From NCBI RefSeq assembly GCF_004010195.1, contig NC_057728.1:54149607-54213606 (forward strand): DNA of 64,000 bases, read 5' to 3'. This document shows positions 24,646-38,277 of this stretch, in pieces. A program made the position numbers and the translations under genes. Each line of letters starts with the position of its first letter. Position 1 is the first letter of the stretch. This stretch comes from Chiloscyllium plagiosum (taxonomy: Eukaryota). The notes below the pieces were generated by a model. It saw nothing but the letters and a program-made list of their open reading frames with translations, ran no database searches and was not told the DNA's origin.

Positions 24646-26019
24646 TTGTTTAAAAAAAGTCACAACACTATACAAAGCATCATGCCAGGATAGTGCAATC
24701 CAGTTGTCTTGTACTCCATTGAGTACACAATGATTGTAGTATCCCATCAATGAAGTGTAGTGCATCTTGCCCAAGCTGCTTTGAAAAGAGCCAAACTTGT
24801 AACCTCTAACTTGAACAAGAACAGCAGTTCTGGGGTAACTGCCTCCTAATTTTCCATGTAGTTACAAGCATTCTGACTTGGAAAACCATTATTCTTTTTG
24901 TCACTAGATTAAAAATTCTGACTAACTGCATATATCTTAACGGCATTTATTCATAATTATTTAACATGTTTCTGGGATAATTGGAAACAAACTACTATTG
25001 CTAGTCTTGCCCCCAAACTGCAACCTTTTTTTTAAAAAAAACTATTTATTGAACCTCTTTAAAACCCTCCCAATCTTATTTCACCCTTTTCACAACACTG
25101 ACATGGTTCCAAAATCCTGTGACTTTTTTTTAAACTGCTCATGCTGTTAGTTTTGATCACTGTCTCTTTGTGGAAGATACTATTAATGCTCATATTAAGT
25201 ATTGTGTATAGCTCCAACCTTCTCTTGATGGTCCATGTAATTTCCTTTTTTGATCTTGGTAATTCTCACTGACTTGAGGCTCCTATTTGCAATGCAGCAA
25301 CTGGACATCGTTTTAAGGTCTCGTAAAATGAAAAGTTATGGTACATCCATAGGTCTGCACGTTTTGAGGAAACAAATTCGCTTAGTGCACATTTTTCTGT
25401 CAATCCACATTTGGGTATATTACTCAACTTTAAAATTTGAGTACAAGTCTGTGGCGCAGTTATAAGTTGACATCTTGGTATCTAAGAGCAAAAATGGTGG
25501 AGTAATCTGAGGTTATGTTCTGACTATGACTTCAGTGTTTTGATGGTGTGCATTGGGTGACAATTTGCAGGAGTGAAGTTTCAGGGTTTTAAAACTGGGC
25601 TATAGAATTCTGGGGATATCCAAGACAGCTAAAATTTGTAGCTTTGGTGGATAAGGACGGTTTATCTGCTGATACTCAATATAAACACTCTCTCCCCACT
25701 CAACATTTTCAGATTAGGCACTGTCTTTTTCCAAAAGTTGCTACGGAATGGAATATTTGTTGAGAAGACATTTCAAAATTTTGCGGTCTGAATTTAAAAA
25801 TTTGTAAACCGGATGACCAGTGCAGGAGTATAGGGATAAGTGAGAATTAGTTTTGAACTTTGAGCTGAGTGAGCACCAATTGATTTGTTTATGCTGATAC
25901 AGTTTGAGTTGGTCCTAATCTAATGTGGAGAAAAAGAACCCAGCAAGGAATGCAGATTATGTTCAGAACTGAACCCATTTTTGATCTGGAGCAGAAGATG
26001 TTGAAAGGTGGTGATGAAG

Positions 26020-26335
26020 TTAAAATCAAGGATATAAATACAGTAAATAGGTCTTTCTTTCCTAGTTTAGGAAATTAAGACAAGGGGAATATTTAAGGTG
26101 AGAGGCTTTTATAACAATGAGGTGCAATTTTTTTTATGCAAGGCGTTCCCATGGAAGGAACTTCCTGAGGAAGTGGTGGATTTGGGCACAGTTGCATTTA
26201 AGACATTTTGGCTAAGTATATGAAAATGGAACAGTTGAAAGGATATGGGCCAGGAGTAGGCAGGTGGGGATGAGTTTAGTTTGGGATGATGATCAGCATG
26301 GACTGGTTAAACCAAAGGGTCTGTTTCTACAGTCT
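26020..26335 (+). mobile_element. CR1 LINE 3' end
   Basis: ggaacttcctgaggaagtggtggat...ccaaagggtctgtttc tail. Confidence 0.75.
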
Positions 26336-27001
26336 CTACATGGATGACTTTCCTCTGGGCATTCATTTGATACACTCCTTTCCCTACTTAGCATTCAGTT
26401 GCATATTTGTATTATTCCAAGAATTAAACTGATAATTCCAAATATTCATCACCCCATTGTGATCGAAAGGCTTTTCTTTCTCACCCTCTTTATGTAAAAT
26501 GCAATTCTCACTGAACTATCAATTTTGAATTGTTTATTTTGCTATTGTTTTAGGGGTCACATCTTTTTCCTCTACATAGAATTTATTTCACCTTTGTAGC
26601 TCATCCTGTTTACATTTGTTAATGTTCTGTTCACACTAATCTTCTCTTGAAATTGGCTCCAACCAGTGCATTCTGATGTCCTCTCTATGGGGTGTCGGAA
26701 ACCTATATTAATGTAGTCCAGCATTCTAGTAGCTGTGTAAAATATCTACAGTTGAACTGTAAGTTCATAATCTTCAAATATAGTTTAGATTTCTAATAAA
26801 ACTTTTGCCTTAAAGCAGTAAATTCATTTGTGAAACTCATCTGAATTCAGTCTCCATAACTTCATTCTGCATTGTTTACAAACCACTGGTTTCTCCAGCC
26901 TCCTGTTTAATGAGCACGGACTCCTAAATTTTCAGATAGTAATGAAATAACTTTTTTTATTTTAAACACCTGTATTTGCAGTAATGGCCAGTTCTAACTA
27001 G

Positions 27002-27154
<153 letters not shown>

Positions 27155-27609
27155 TAGCCTCTCAATTGGGACAGCACTTTAACACAGTAGCATTGAAATG
27201 TTAACCAAGGAATGACTGAGCACAAGAATTCAGTTGGAATACCCAACGCTTCACTTGCCAAGATTCAAAAGCTATCATTCAGCATTTTAGCTGTCCTCCA
27301 GATATCGGGAGTAATTGCACTATTCTTTATTGGTCAGCTGAATTTAAACATTATTACAGAAACTTAATAAATAAACTGGCCAAATGTTCTTTTGCCAGTG
27401 ACTTCTTAAAGAACTTCTTGGCAATCACAGGAAATTGCCATTGATATGTTGAATAACTTTGTTTTGCAATGTTGAGACCAGCATACCAAGTTGAAACCAA
27501 GTTACTAAGATCCACAAGCATTTATGAAAGCGCACACTCTTATTTAGAGTACTTGAATGCTGGAAGAAAACAGCCCAGGACTTGAATTTATAATGCAATT
27601 TTCACCAAC

Positions 27610-27930
27610 TAGATTAGATTAGTGTGGAAACAGGCCCTTCAGCCCAACAAGTCCACACCCACCCGCCGAAGCGCAACCCACCCGCCGAAGCGCAACCCAC
27701 CCATACCCCTACATTTACCCCTTGCCTAACACGGGCAATTTAGCATGGCCAATTCACCTGACCTGCACATCTTTGGACTGTGGGAGGAAACCAGAGCACC
27801 CGGAGGAAACCCACACAGACACTGGGATAACGTGCAAACTCCACACAGTCAGTCGCCTGAGGCGGGAATTGAACCCGGGTCTCAGGCGCTGTGAGGCAGC
27901 AGTGCTAACCACTGTGCCACCGTGCCGCCC
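27610..27930 (-). mobile_element. Young full-length HE1-type V-SINE
   Basis: Complete head gggcggcacggtggcacagtggttagcactgctgcctcacagcgcctgagacccgggttcaattccc on the - strand with CpGs retained. Confidence 0.93.
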
Positions 27931-28123
27931 ACTAGTGTGGTGTTCCTGATTCCTGACTAATGTTTCTCACTCAACCAATTAGAACTGATCACTATCTCGT
28001 TTATGGGTGCTTGTAAATTAACTACAAGTTTCTTAATGATGTAAGTTACTAGATTTCAAAAGTCCTTGAATCTTTTTTTAAAAGCATTCTTGAGATCCAC
28101 ATCCTGGGGGTCATACGATACAA

Positions 28124-28320
28124 AGTCAGTGTGATGCTGGAAAAGCACAGCAGGCCAGACAACATTAGAGGAGCAGGAGAGTTGATGTTTCGGGCATAAG
28201 TCCTTCAGGATGTCACAGACTCCCCTCTGCTGCCTGACCTGTGCTTTTCCAGCACCAAACTTTTTTTTTGACCTCCAGCATCATGTCATACAAGTGATCT
28301 CCAGCATCTGCAGTCCTCAC
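28124..28320. mobile_element. Short palindromic Penelope-derived repeat
   Basis: gctggaaaagcacagcaggccag ... ctgcctgacctgtgcttttccagc; decayed gtttcgggcataagtccttcag hammerhead-like core. Confidence 0.6.
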
Positions 28321-28343
28321 ATTTTTCATACTAATCAAAATTA

Positions 28344-28925
28344 ATGTAGGTTTGCACACTAAGCTGGAAGGTTTGTTTTCAGATGTTTCATCACCCCATA
28401 ACGTCAGTGAGCCTCCAGATGAAGCACTGGTATAGCCTGCTTTCTATTTGGGTTTCCTTGGGTTGGTGACCACTTCCTGTGACATTAGTTTTGCTTGTTG
28501 CCTGTATAGGGTCTTTCAAGTTCAATAGCTGCTGTTTGTGTTGGTGGATTTGTGGGCTACAGTGATTGGGGGAAAAAAAAGCCTTGCGGATGAGAAAGGG
28601 CACCACTTTGACTAGGTCAACACATCCATCCTAGGACAAGCCAAACAAATGAGAATTCCTAGAATCATGGCATTCCAACTGGAACTCTATGGAGAAACAC
28701 TGACTTGGATCCCATTTACCAGCCCCTGATGGGGGATAAAAGGAAATGACATTGGAAATGTCACCACAGGAAATGACCTCACCAACCCAAGGAAACCCAA
28801 ACCCTTTTAAACAGAAGGGGAGCTATACCACCAGTGCTTCCTCCGGAGGCTCACTGAAGATGTTATCTAGGTGACAATGTCTGAAAACAAACCTTCCAGC
28901 TCAGCAAACCTACATCCAGGACCTT
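28344..28925. mobile_element. Non-autonomous Penelope-like element with long terminal inverted repeats
   Basis: About 28344-28480 is inverted relative to about 28765-28915. The middle encodes decayed KGHHFD*VNTSILGQAKQ..EFLESWHS; a decayed hammerhead lies in each arm. Confidence 0.8.
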
Positions 28926-29319
28926 GCAGAGTTTTGTGACTGAATTTGGAAAAATATTGCTTGTTGCATACTTTTCTGGTCTACTCCTTTACCAATAGAT
29001 TAACAGTACCCTACACAATAAGGGATGTTTGTTTCTTTGGTTTGTCTGGACAAACCACTTAGAACCATTTTTAATTGCAAATATCTCTATCATGTGTTTG
29101 TATACCATTAATTCCAAACTATTGCAAGTTATTTGCAATTAAGTGATTATTGTACACAACTGGGCCATTCTAGAAGAACAGCATTTTTTGAGATGTTAAT
29201 GACCAGTTAAACTATTGCTTGTGTTGACTATACTGACGCACTCTGTTGGAAAAGGACCACAAGATGTTTTGGATCAGCCTGTGTACTGATAGCACCATTC
29301 TCCTTGTATGAAGGATGAG

Positions 29320-29690
29320 TCTTCCAATGCAGCACTCCAAGCACTGCACAAAAAATGACTTCCCAACTCCTATATTCAATGCTCTCACCAATAAAGGAAA
29401 GCATACCAAATGCTGCCTTCACTATCCTATCTACCTGCTACTCTTTTTCAAGGACCATGAACCTGCGCTCCAATGTCTTTTTGTTTAGTCATACTCCCTA
29501 GGACCTACCCTGATCTGCCTTTCCAAAATGCACACTTCACATTTAGCTAAAGTAAACTTCATCTGCCAGTCTTCAGCCCATGGACCTGTCTGATCAAGAT
29601 CCTGTTGTACTGAGAGAACCTTTGCTGTCCACTACACTTCCAATTTTGGTGCCATCTGCAATCTTACTAACCATTTTATACAAATGATAG
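29320..29690 (-). mobile_element. CR1 LINE fragment
   Basis: KAAFGMLSFIGESIEYRSWEV. Confidence 0.8.
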
Positions 29691-30479
29691 AGCAGTTGGG
29701 TTTCACCAGTTGACCAGCATTATGCCTAGTTGTACTTGAAGGTGGTGGTGAGTTATCTTGAACTGTTACAATCTGCATGCTTTAGGTTGATTTACAATGC
29801 CCCTAGGAGACACTGCCAGGATTTTGACCTTGGTGATATTTAAATCAGGGTGAGGAGTGGCTTGGAAAAAACTTGCAAGTGGTGATGTTCCCATGTCTTT
29901 CTAGATAAACATGGTTGTTGGTTTGGAAGATGTCTCAGCCTTGGTGAATTTCTGTGGTGTCTTGTAGATACAATGTTTTAGACTCTCCCCACCCAAAATC
30001 TGCCCTATCAAGGTACCTAATCACTTTGCTTTGAGCAAGTGCTGCAGAAGCTCAGCAGGTCTGGCTCTTTCAGTGGAAAGAGAAGCTGTGAACATAGTTT
30101 GTCTTCACAAGTGAAAGGGGCAGGAAAGTGGCTTTTTAATGTTGTAGAGATGATAGGAAGGAAGATGTCCAGATCAAAAAGGAATTATGCTGATGGTGGT
30201 GGTAAAGGAGAATAGAGCTGTAAACTTGGTGAAAATAAGTGTGAAGAAGATTGGTTTACTTTGAGCAAAGTCAATGAGGACATGTCATTTTTCTGAAGTT
30301 GTGGAACTGAGGGTGTAGGGCTCTACCATTCCTCCACTTTGTGCTGAGCTTTGAACCGTAGCAAGCCAGAATGGAAATCTTTCAAAGAAGCCACTTTGCT
30401 CCCATGCTAACATCTGGAAAGTTGAGCTCATTTGACAGTGGAGATGTTCTACCACTTCGTCTTGCAGACTGCATTTGGC

Positions 30480-30740
30480 CTGGCCAATGTGAAGGAGATT
30501 GTTTCTGTTGCTCAATGCAGACTTCTACTTTCAGTACAGTAAAACAGTGCTTCACATGGAAGGTGTATTGGGGCCTTGGATAGTGAAGAGGGAGAAGGTG
30601 AATGAGCAAATGATGCACCTTTGTGCATTTGCATGGAAAAGTGCCATAGTGCAGAGTGAGGAAGTGTTGAGACTTAGGAGTGGACCAGGATGTCAGCGGG
30701 AACAGTCCTTGTGGCCTGACACTGGAGGTGATGGGGAAGT
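30480..30740 (-). mobile_element. Penelope-like fragment (endonuclease-proximal region)
   Basis: Minus-strand HYGTFPCKCTK and FHVKHCFT resemble 22130-22260. Confidence 0.5.
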
Positions 30741-33084
30741 TAATTGACAGAAATGCTAGAGGATGCAACATTGAACTTTCTTTTGGGGTGTGGACAAATC
30801 AGCTCAAAGATAGGAAAATATATTTTGGTAGATTGCTTGCCATAAGTCAAATGGCCTGCTTCAATCCAATTCAGGCCACCACCTGCTCTTTGGCTTTCAA
30901 CCCTCCTTCCTTGAATAACTTTTCCATCCCCCTTATCCACACTTTGCATGCCATCAGTTTTTGTGTTCTGAAGATTCTTCTATTTCCTCCTTCTCCAGTA
31001 GGGGCCTGTTAAATGTTCAGGGTCAATGCTTTATTTTTAATGCTCAATCTCTACCCACTGGGAACTTCATGTAGCAAGCATTAATGTTAACAAATGTTTT
31101 CCTGCATTTCTGGGCTAATGATTGAACACTTCTTCACAAAGGGGCATCCAGTATTGAATCAGTCACTGTGCACAAATTCCATTTGTGTAGCAATCACGTA
31201 ACTAGGTTTCAAGCACTTTAAGATATCAGTCTTTAATATTTTAGATGGCCATTCCTAATAGCACTTAATATTAAGTGTGTACTTCCATTGTGTATGGTAT
31301 TTCTTTCTATGGCAGTGTTTGCCAGTTTTGACAGGTGTCAAAGCCAAGTCCAAAACATTTGTGTATGGGACTCAGATTTGCAGGACACCTTTTTAATTTG
31401 CTGAGTTATTTTGGTGAAGAATATCAGTACAAAACTCTAGAAATCTGAAGAATTGACTTCGGGCTACACAATACTGATCATGGAGATAAGTGTAGGCCAG
31501 CACGATATTTAACTTCAAAACACTCAAGCTGCTGGTTTGGATTGGTAGGACTAATAGTAAAAAGGTTTTGATGTTCTGCTGAAGTGGCACAACCAAGCTC
31601 CTGTATAGTTAAAAGTAACAGCTTACTACAACTGCAAAAAGAAAACTGGCTTTATTTAGCTTCAGACAGCTTATTGGCACCTGAATCTTGCTTTGAACCC
31701 TGGTGCAATGTTGTCTCTTCACACCATTTGCAAAACAATCATAAACGTGATTTATGGGCTTCTGTAACTTTACAGTAATTCCTCCCTTGTTGGTGGCCCT
31801 TTTTTCTTTTTCAATCTACAGTGAAAGTAGTAAAACAAAAATTTGCAGTACCACAGACTGCTTTCTACCAACCAGCCTAACCATTGCATCAGGAAGTAGT
31901 TTTGTGATGCTTTTGAGTGAATCAAGTTTTTTTAATAGCATGCTGCTGATGTTAGTTACCTACTGGATATTCTTTTGTTGTTTTTTAATATGAATTAAGA
32001 GCAGAAAGAGGCCATTCATCTCCTTAAGCCTACTCTGCAATAGATTCAATATGATCATGACTGATCTGACTACTCCATGTTCCACCTACTTTCAATAACC
32101 TTTCACCCATTGCTCATTTGGAATCTATCTCTATCTGCCTCTATCTTCGAAGAATCTGCTTCCCCTGCCTTTCAAGGAATGGCGTTCTAAAGTTGCTCAG
32201 CCCTGAAGAGTTCTTTTATCTGATTTAAAATGAGTGGACCTTTTCAGACATTGTGACAAATGACATGTTTAGGTGGAGTATCTAATACAAAATTGCAACC
32301 TCTTGAGCACACCAACAAAAGCACTGAACCAGAAGCCCACTACTCTATTCAATAAGCTCATTCAGTAGAATTATCAATTGAGAATTTAAGTCCAGTTTGG
32401 GCTTGACTCTACTCAGTTGGCATGATTTTACATTTAAAATATCTCCAGTAGTTCACTTTTTATGCTATTTAATCAACCTGCCCAGATGTGCTGAGGCACC
32501 TTTTGGAATAGATGTCTTGAACCTGGGCCCTCTAAGGTAGGGACATTGCCACTGTCATGAGCTCTTTTAAATGGTTGTCTGAATATTGTAATTTAAGTAC
32601 TTGAAAAATAAACAAAAGCTCAGTTTGCGTAGCAGCATCCTTAAAACATGCACTTATCCATGATTGTACTGCCTTTGTTACATGCCTTCATTCTCCTGAT
32701 TTTTATTCTGCCCCACTATTTCTCTTGTTTATCAACCTATAGAGCACTCCCCAGTGTTGTCTTCCCTTTTTTTATTTATCTATTTCATACAGATTCTACG
32801 TATCCCAAACTAGGATCATTTGCTATCATACTTATTCCATCTCTATACCAGCAATGTCACCACACCACCCTTCCTGCCTATCCTATCAAAAAGTCTTATA
32901 CTTCTGAATATTTAGTTCATAACTTTGATTTCCTTGTAGTCATGTCTCTGTAATGGCTGAGTATACCCATTAATTTTGTATTTGTACCATTTTTTACTTC
33001 TGAATATTACATGCAGAGATATTAATTTTGTCTTTTACCATCTTTGCCTCCACCCTTTATTTGTGTAGCTTGCTGTATCACTTA

Positions 33085-33588
33085 AGAGTCATAAATGTAC
33101 AGCATGGAAATGGACCCTTCAGTCCAACCAAATCTAGTCCCACATGCCAGCACCTGGCCCATATCCCTCCAAACCCTTTTCTAGTCATATCCTTCCAGAT
33201 GACTTTTTTAAATGTTGCAGTTTTACTAGTCTCCTCCACCACCTCTGGCAGCCCATTCCACACACCATCCTCTGCATGAAAAGTTGCCCATTGTCCCTTT
33301 TTTTTAAAAAAATCTTTCCCCCTCTCCCTATGTCCTCTAGTGCCGTGCCACCCCCCCCCCCCCCACCTCCGAAAAGACTCTCTATTTACCCTATTCAGGC
33401 CCCTCATGATTTTATAGACCTCTATAATGTCACTCCTCGTCCTGACGCTCCAGGGAAAACAGCCCTAGTCTATTCAGCCTCTCCCTGTAGGTCAAAACCT
33501 CCAACCCTGGCAACATCCTTGTAAATCTTTTCTGAACCCTTTCAAATTTCACAACATCTTTCCGATAGGAAATAGACCAGAATTGCAC
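33085..33588 (-). mobile_element. CR1/HER1 LINE 3' end
   Basis: MRGLNRVN, VWNGLPEVVE and tail gtacagcatggaaatggacccttcagtcca. Confidence 0.87.
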
Positions 33589-33904
33589 TTCCTGTTCTGG
33601 GTATCTTTGTACAAATAGCTACCCATAATTCTGTCGTTGTCCTTTGTAAGCTTGCATTCGCATACTTCAAACTCCTTCCCTCCCAGGCACATAAATTTTT
33701 ATTCATTGGGGACTTAAATAGTCTGCCTCAAATTGTACGTGTGAATCCTTTGAAATGAGAGCATGATTGTACTTAAAATCTGGTAACTTGAGTTAATGTC
33801 AAATGTTCAGTTTATTCAAATCAATCCTCATTTGTATTATAAATAGCTCATGGTTTGGAAATATATAAACTGAGTTAATATTGTTTTCCTGTGATTTTTC
33901 TTAG

Positions 33905-33943
33905 ACAAAAAGCAAGATGGCGCTGTGGAAAATCGAAACAAAG
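33905..33943 (+). CDS. ATP2B1: PMCA splice-site-A mini-exon (39 nt): NKKQDGAVENRNK
   Basis: tttttcttag acceptor, G|gtaaac donor; closely matches the PMCA1 site-A insert NKKQDGAIENRNK. Confidence 0.93.
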
Positions 33944-35462
33944 GTAAACAATTGTTTTTGACCCTTAAGCTCTTTAAAGTCTACATAAAGTTGTTTAATT
34001 TTAGAAGGTTTTTTGGTTTTAAGGTGAAATAAATGATCCTAGTGAAGGGATAAAACTAAGCTTTGCCATTTGTGGCAATGTCCTTTTGATTCCTCAAGTT
34101 AATCATAACATTTGAAACAACTTTTTAACATAGATTTGCCTTGGCAAACATTACTCTTACTCCAAGACAGGTTTGCCCAGAATGTTCTCTGGATCACACT
34201 TTGATCCAAATTGTAACCTTGACATTAGCTTCAGATAGTTGCAAATCCTGAGTAACTGCCCCATTGAAACTTCTCTGAACAAACTTTATAGTTTCCACTT
34301 AAGAACCATAATGAGTATTGTTTACTAGATTCATCTGAAGTGGTGAATTTTGAGCTGAGTAAACTGTAGATTCAATGTATGCATGTAATGGAATAGCTGT
34401 TTCAAAAATGATTTGGATGCATTTGGCTAAAGGTCTGAGTTGTAAGATTGAGACAATGAATGTTAAGGTTGGGTTTATCCCAAAAATTATGTATTTAATG
34501 CAATGCCTGCATGCTGAGCTATCATAATTGTGTAATCAGAGTAAGACTATTGAGCAACCTTGATTTCCATTAGAGTTGTAACTTGAGTTTCTTAACACTC
34601 AAAGCCCTCTATTCTTATTGTCTTATCTTAAAAACTGCACTTTTAACAGTTTAAAGTGCTTGTCATGGCCAAATAATTCAGTTCTATTTTGACATGAGAA
34701 ATGTTTCTTTGGCTGTATATTCACAATGATGTAGTGTGCCACACTAATTTTAATTTTGAATCTGTATTCTATTTGCAGTAATTACTGCAGCATGAATTAT
34801 AGAAACTTAATTCATATAGTGGAGGCCATTCAAACATTGTTTGTACAATACTTAAAACAGGTGTGGTGTAGTGGTCTTCTGGATTCTGTTCCATCATACT
34901 TGAGTATTAAAAGATTGTCAGCTTCAGCCATATGGTTTGAGTAGTACGTTCTAAGCCTGACAAAAATTAGAAGCAGGAGTAGACCAATATTCTGTATGTT
35001 CACAGCTGATCCCACATCTCAATGCCATATTCCTGCTTTCTACCCCACATCTCTTGGTCCTTTTTTTGGATTTTAAATGTTTATCCATCTTTCTTGAGAT
35101 TTGAGGCAAGGGTTGGAAAGTTGAGTTCCCTTACCTATATCTTGCAATAATTATTTCAAATCTAACCTACGATAATGGACTCTTGTCCAAGCGGATAATT
35201 TTTCTCGATCAAAATCTGTCATCTTGGGTCAGCACCACTCCTTCTCATTCAAAGAGCAAAATTCTAATTTCAAACCTTTTTGATTTAATATCCCTCATTC
35301 TTAGTAAACCACATCAGTGCCCTTAACCCTCCTCAATGGTCTTAGGCAATTAGTAAGCTCGCTTTTCATGGCTAGCCTCTAGAATTCCAGACCCCTTTCA
35401 ACTAGGGGGTCCAACTGTCCTCTTTGAAAGGTCAATGACTATTTTACATTTTTAATCCCCAG

Positions 35463-35621
35463 CTAAAGCTCAAGATGGAGCAGCTATGGAAATGCAGCCA
35501 TTGAAAAGTGATGAAGCAGCTGATGATACAACTGAGAAAAAGAAAACAAACGTGCCTAAAAAAGAGAAGTCTGTGCTCCAAGGGAAGCTCACAAAATTGG
35601 CAGTTCAAATTGGTAAAGCAG
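35463..35621 (+). CDS. ATP2B1: PMCA exon (159 nt): [53 protein letters not shown]
   Basis: ccccag acceptor, G|gtatga donor; basic phospholipid-responsive region. Confidence 0.95.
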
Positions 35622-35860
35622 GTATGAACGCACTTTCACTTTCATGAGACCGTAAGTTATAGAGCAGAATTAGACCATTAGGCCCATTGGGTCTACATCA
35701 TTCTATCATGGCTAATGTTTGTCAACCCTATGCCACCTCCCTGTAATCTTTTAAGACACTTGCTAATCAAGGACCAATCTGTCTTAAAGGCATTCAACAA
35801 ACACATTAGAAAAGCTAATTTTAGTTCATTGGGAACATGGGTCAATCTTGTGGAAGTAAT

Positions 35861-35995
35861 AGTGAGCTTTGAAGATTTGTAGCTTGGGTTGAGGTTGCAT
35901 GTAGGTTTGCTCGCTGAGCTGGAAGGTTCATTTCCAGATCTTTTGTCACCCTACTCGTAACCTCTTCAGTGGACCTCTGGGTGAAGCAGTTGATA
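35861..35995 (-). mobile_element. Solo Penelope-like 3' end (135 bp) with 12-bp TSD
   Basis: Related to the 28344 and 60551 termini; TSD TGTGGAAGTAAT at 35849-35860 and 35996-36007. Confidence 0.8.
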
Positions 35996-36759
35996 TGTGG
36001 AAGTAATTTCCAATTTAGCTGATTGGTATAAACAGAATTTTTAATTTAATTCCATACTTATCAATATGGATAAAACTGAGGTTGTAACAAATACATAGTG
36101 ACTGTTACACTCAACAACAAAATAGCATAACACCTGAGTCAGTCCCAATTAATGTTTTGCTTTCTTTAAAAATGGGCTTTTTACTTTTAAATTTTATTTC
36201 TATAGTTTTATGTAGTCTTAGGTACTAACTCTGTGCATTAACCAGCATGTAAACATTTGAAAGGCTGCCCAGACTATGGTAAGCTTCCCAATTCTCTTGA
36301 TTTACTTGAGACTCAACACTGTCCTGGCCTACCCCAAATGTCCAGAATTGGTATGCAGCCCTGCACCATTTCTTCTACTTAATTACCATGGTTTAATCAG
36401 TTGTGCCTAGAACTGAATGTTGTATTCCTCTTCTAAAACAACACTTTTGAGGTGTACAAATCCAATTGAGGACCTAATACAGCATTATTGCTTGAGACAT
36501 TGGAAAACTTAGTGTTGCTTTGACAATTTGTTTGAACTATGCCACTTCAAAATTAATACAGCTAAATATTTTTGAATACTTTAACTTATAACTAGTTGAT
36601 ATGCTCGAAAGTCAGAAACCAGTGAATGGGGTTGGAGCCATTTTGTGTCCTGTACCTGTGACTACTTTTAGACAGTAGCTTTTATAGGCTTTTAAATGAA
36701 GTGGTGATGCCAGCTTCTAATTTGTTATAAAATCTGTTGATCTCCTTTTTCTTCCATAG

Positions 36760-36974
36760 GATTGGTGATGTCTGCTATTACAGTTATCATTCTTATTCTG
36801 TATTTTGTGATTGATACGTTCTGGGTCCAGCAACGTCCTTGGTTAACTGAATGTACTCCAATTTATATTCAGTATTTTGTTAAATTTTTCATCGTTGGTG
36901 TGACTGTCTTGGTTGTGGCAGTACCAGAAGGTCTCCCACTTGCAGTCACAATCTCTTTGGCTTATTCTGTGAAG
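36760..36974 (+). CDS. ATP2B1: PMCA exon (215 nt): TM3-TM4 with [13 protein letters not shown]
   Basis: cttccatag acceptor, AAG|gtaagc donor. Confidence 0.97.
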
Positions 36975-37651
36975 GTAAGCTATAATGTAAAAATAACTGA
37001 AATTGTGGCTGTTAGTCTGTTTCTCTTGCTTTTATTGTAAGCTCCTCTTCCTTACCCTACCTGAGTTTAAAACCTCAAGTCTATTCCAAAGGCAGCAGCT
37101 ACTTTCAGTAACATTTAATGTAAGTTTTCTGACTTTTTATCAGGAATAACTGACTAGTTGACCGACAGCATATGACAGCCAAGCTTGATTTCTGTTCTGT
37201 CATCAAAATGTATTTGCTTATAGGGATTCATTGCATTGTTCAGATCTCTCTCCCCACCTCTCCGGGAACAGCCTGCTTTTAGAAAATTTTGAAGTTTCTA
37301 TTTCTGCAGTACATTCCCAACTGTTTCTGGCATTCCACCAACTCTATAGTTGTCACTGACAGCCATTTTAGAATGCACAAAACCCATCCTTTTTGCAGTT
37401 CAAACCTAACTGCATCTTAACTTTTGGAACTATATATTTGAGTGAGCTTAGAATTGACTGCATGTTACTCATTGGTTGCAGTTTTCTTTTCCCCACTAGT
37501 GAATGTCCAAAATGTGAATCCTGTCTAGTCTCAACCTACGTAATTGTAAACCCTTTCAAACATTGTTCTGTCAAAAGCTAGCACTATCTTGTATATTAAA
37601 TGTTACACATTCTTGAACTGGATGCTAATGATCACGTCCTTCCAAATGCAG

Positions 37652-37894
37652 AAAATGATGAAAGATAATAACTTGGTCAGGCATTTGGATGCCTGCGAAA
37701 CAATGGGGAATGCAACAGCTATATGTTCGGACAAAACTGGTACCCTCACAATGAACAGAATGACTGTTGTTCAAGCATATTTAGCAGACCGGCACTACAA
37801 GATGATTCCAGATCCGGAGTCTGTTCCTGACAATATTATGGACAGACTTGTTGCTGGGGTAGCTGTAAACTCTGCATACACTACAAAGATACTG
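37652..37894 (+). CDS. ATP2B1: PMCA exon (243 nt): phosphorylation motif CSDKTGTLT
   Basis: atgcag acceptor, CTG|gtatgt donor; catalytic Asp codon at 37730-37732. Confidence 0.97.
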
Positions 37895-38277
37895 GTATGT
37901 TGGGACTCAAATATTTGTTAATGCATGATTCTTGCACGGGGCATGCAGTGTATAGTGTTAAAACTAATGAGGTTTCTGTATTTAGATTTTATATTATTGC
38001 ATTCAGAATGGAAGAGGGCGTGGAGTATATTACTGGGCAGTAATTCAACTGGAAAATTCAAATGTACTAATCAAAGACTGATCATTCATAGCTTGCTAGT
38101 AATTCTCACCTTCATGCTGATGGTCTTTAATCCTATTAAAATAGGATTAGTTTCTGTTGCAGTACATAATAGTTGTATACTTTGATTTTAAAAAAAAACT
38201 CATTTCAGTTTGATTTGATTTGGATCAAATTCTGCAAGATGTAGTATATTAAATGTTACTGATTTTTAATTTTATAG

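Noticed and set aside
27860..27930. tRNA-like A/B boxes
   Set aside because: This is the head of an HE1 SINE, not a tRNA gene.
31822..31848. Strong acceptor (ttttcaatctacag) as a possible extra site-A micro-exon
   Set aside because: No frame-preserving consensus donor follows, and the frame reaches a stop shortly after.
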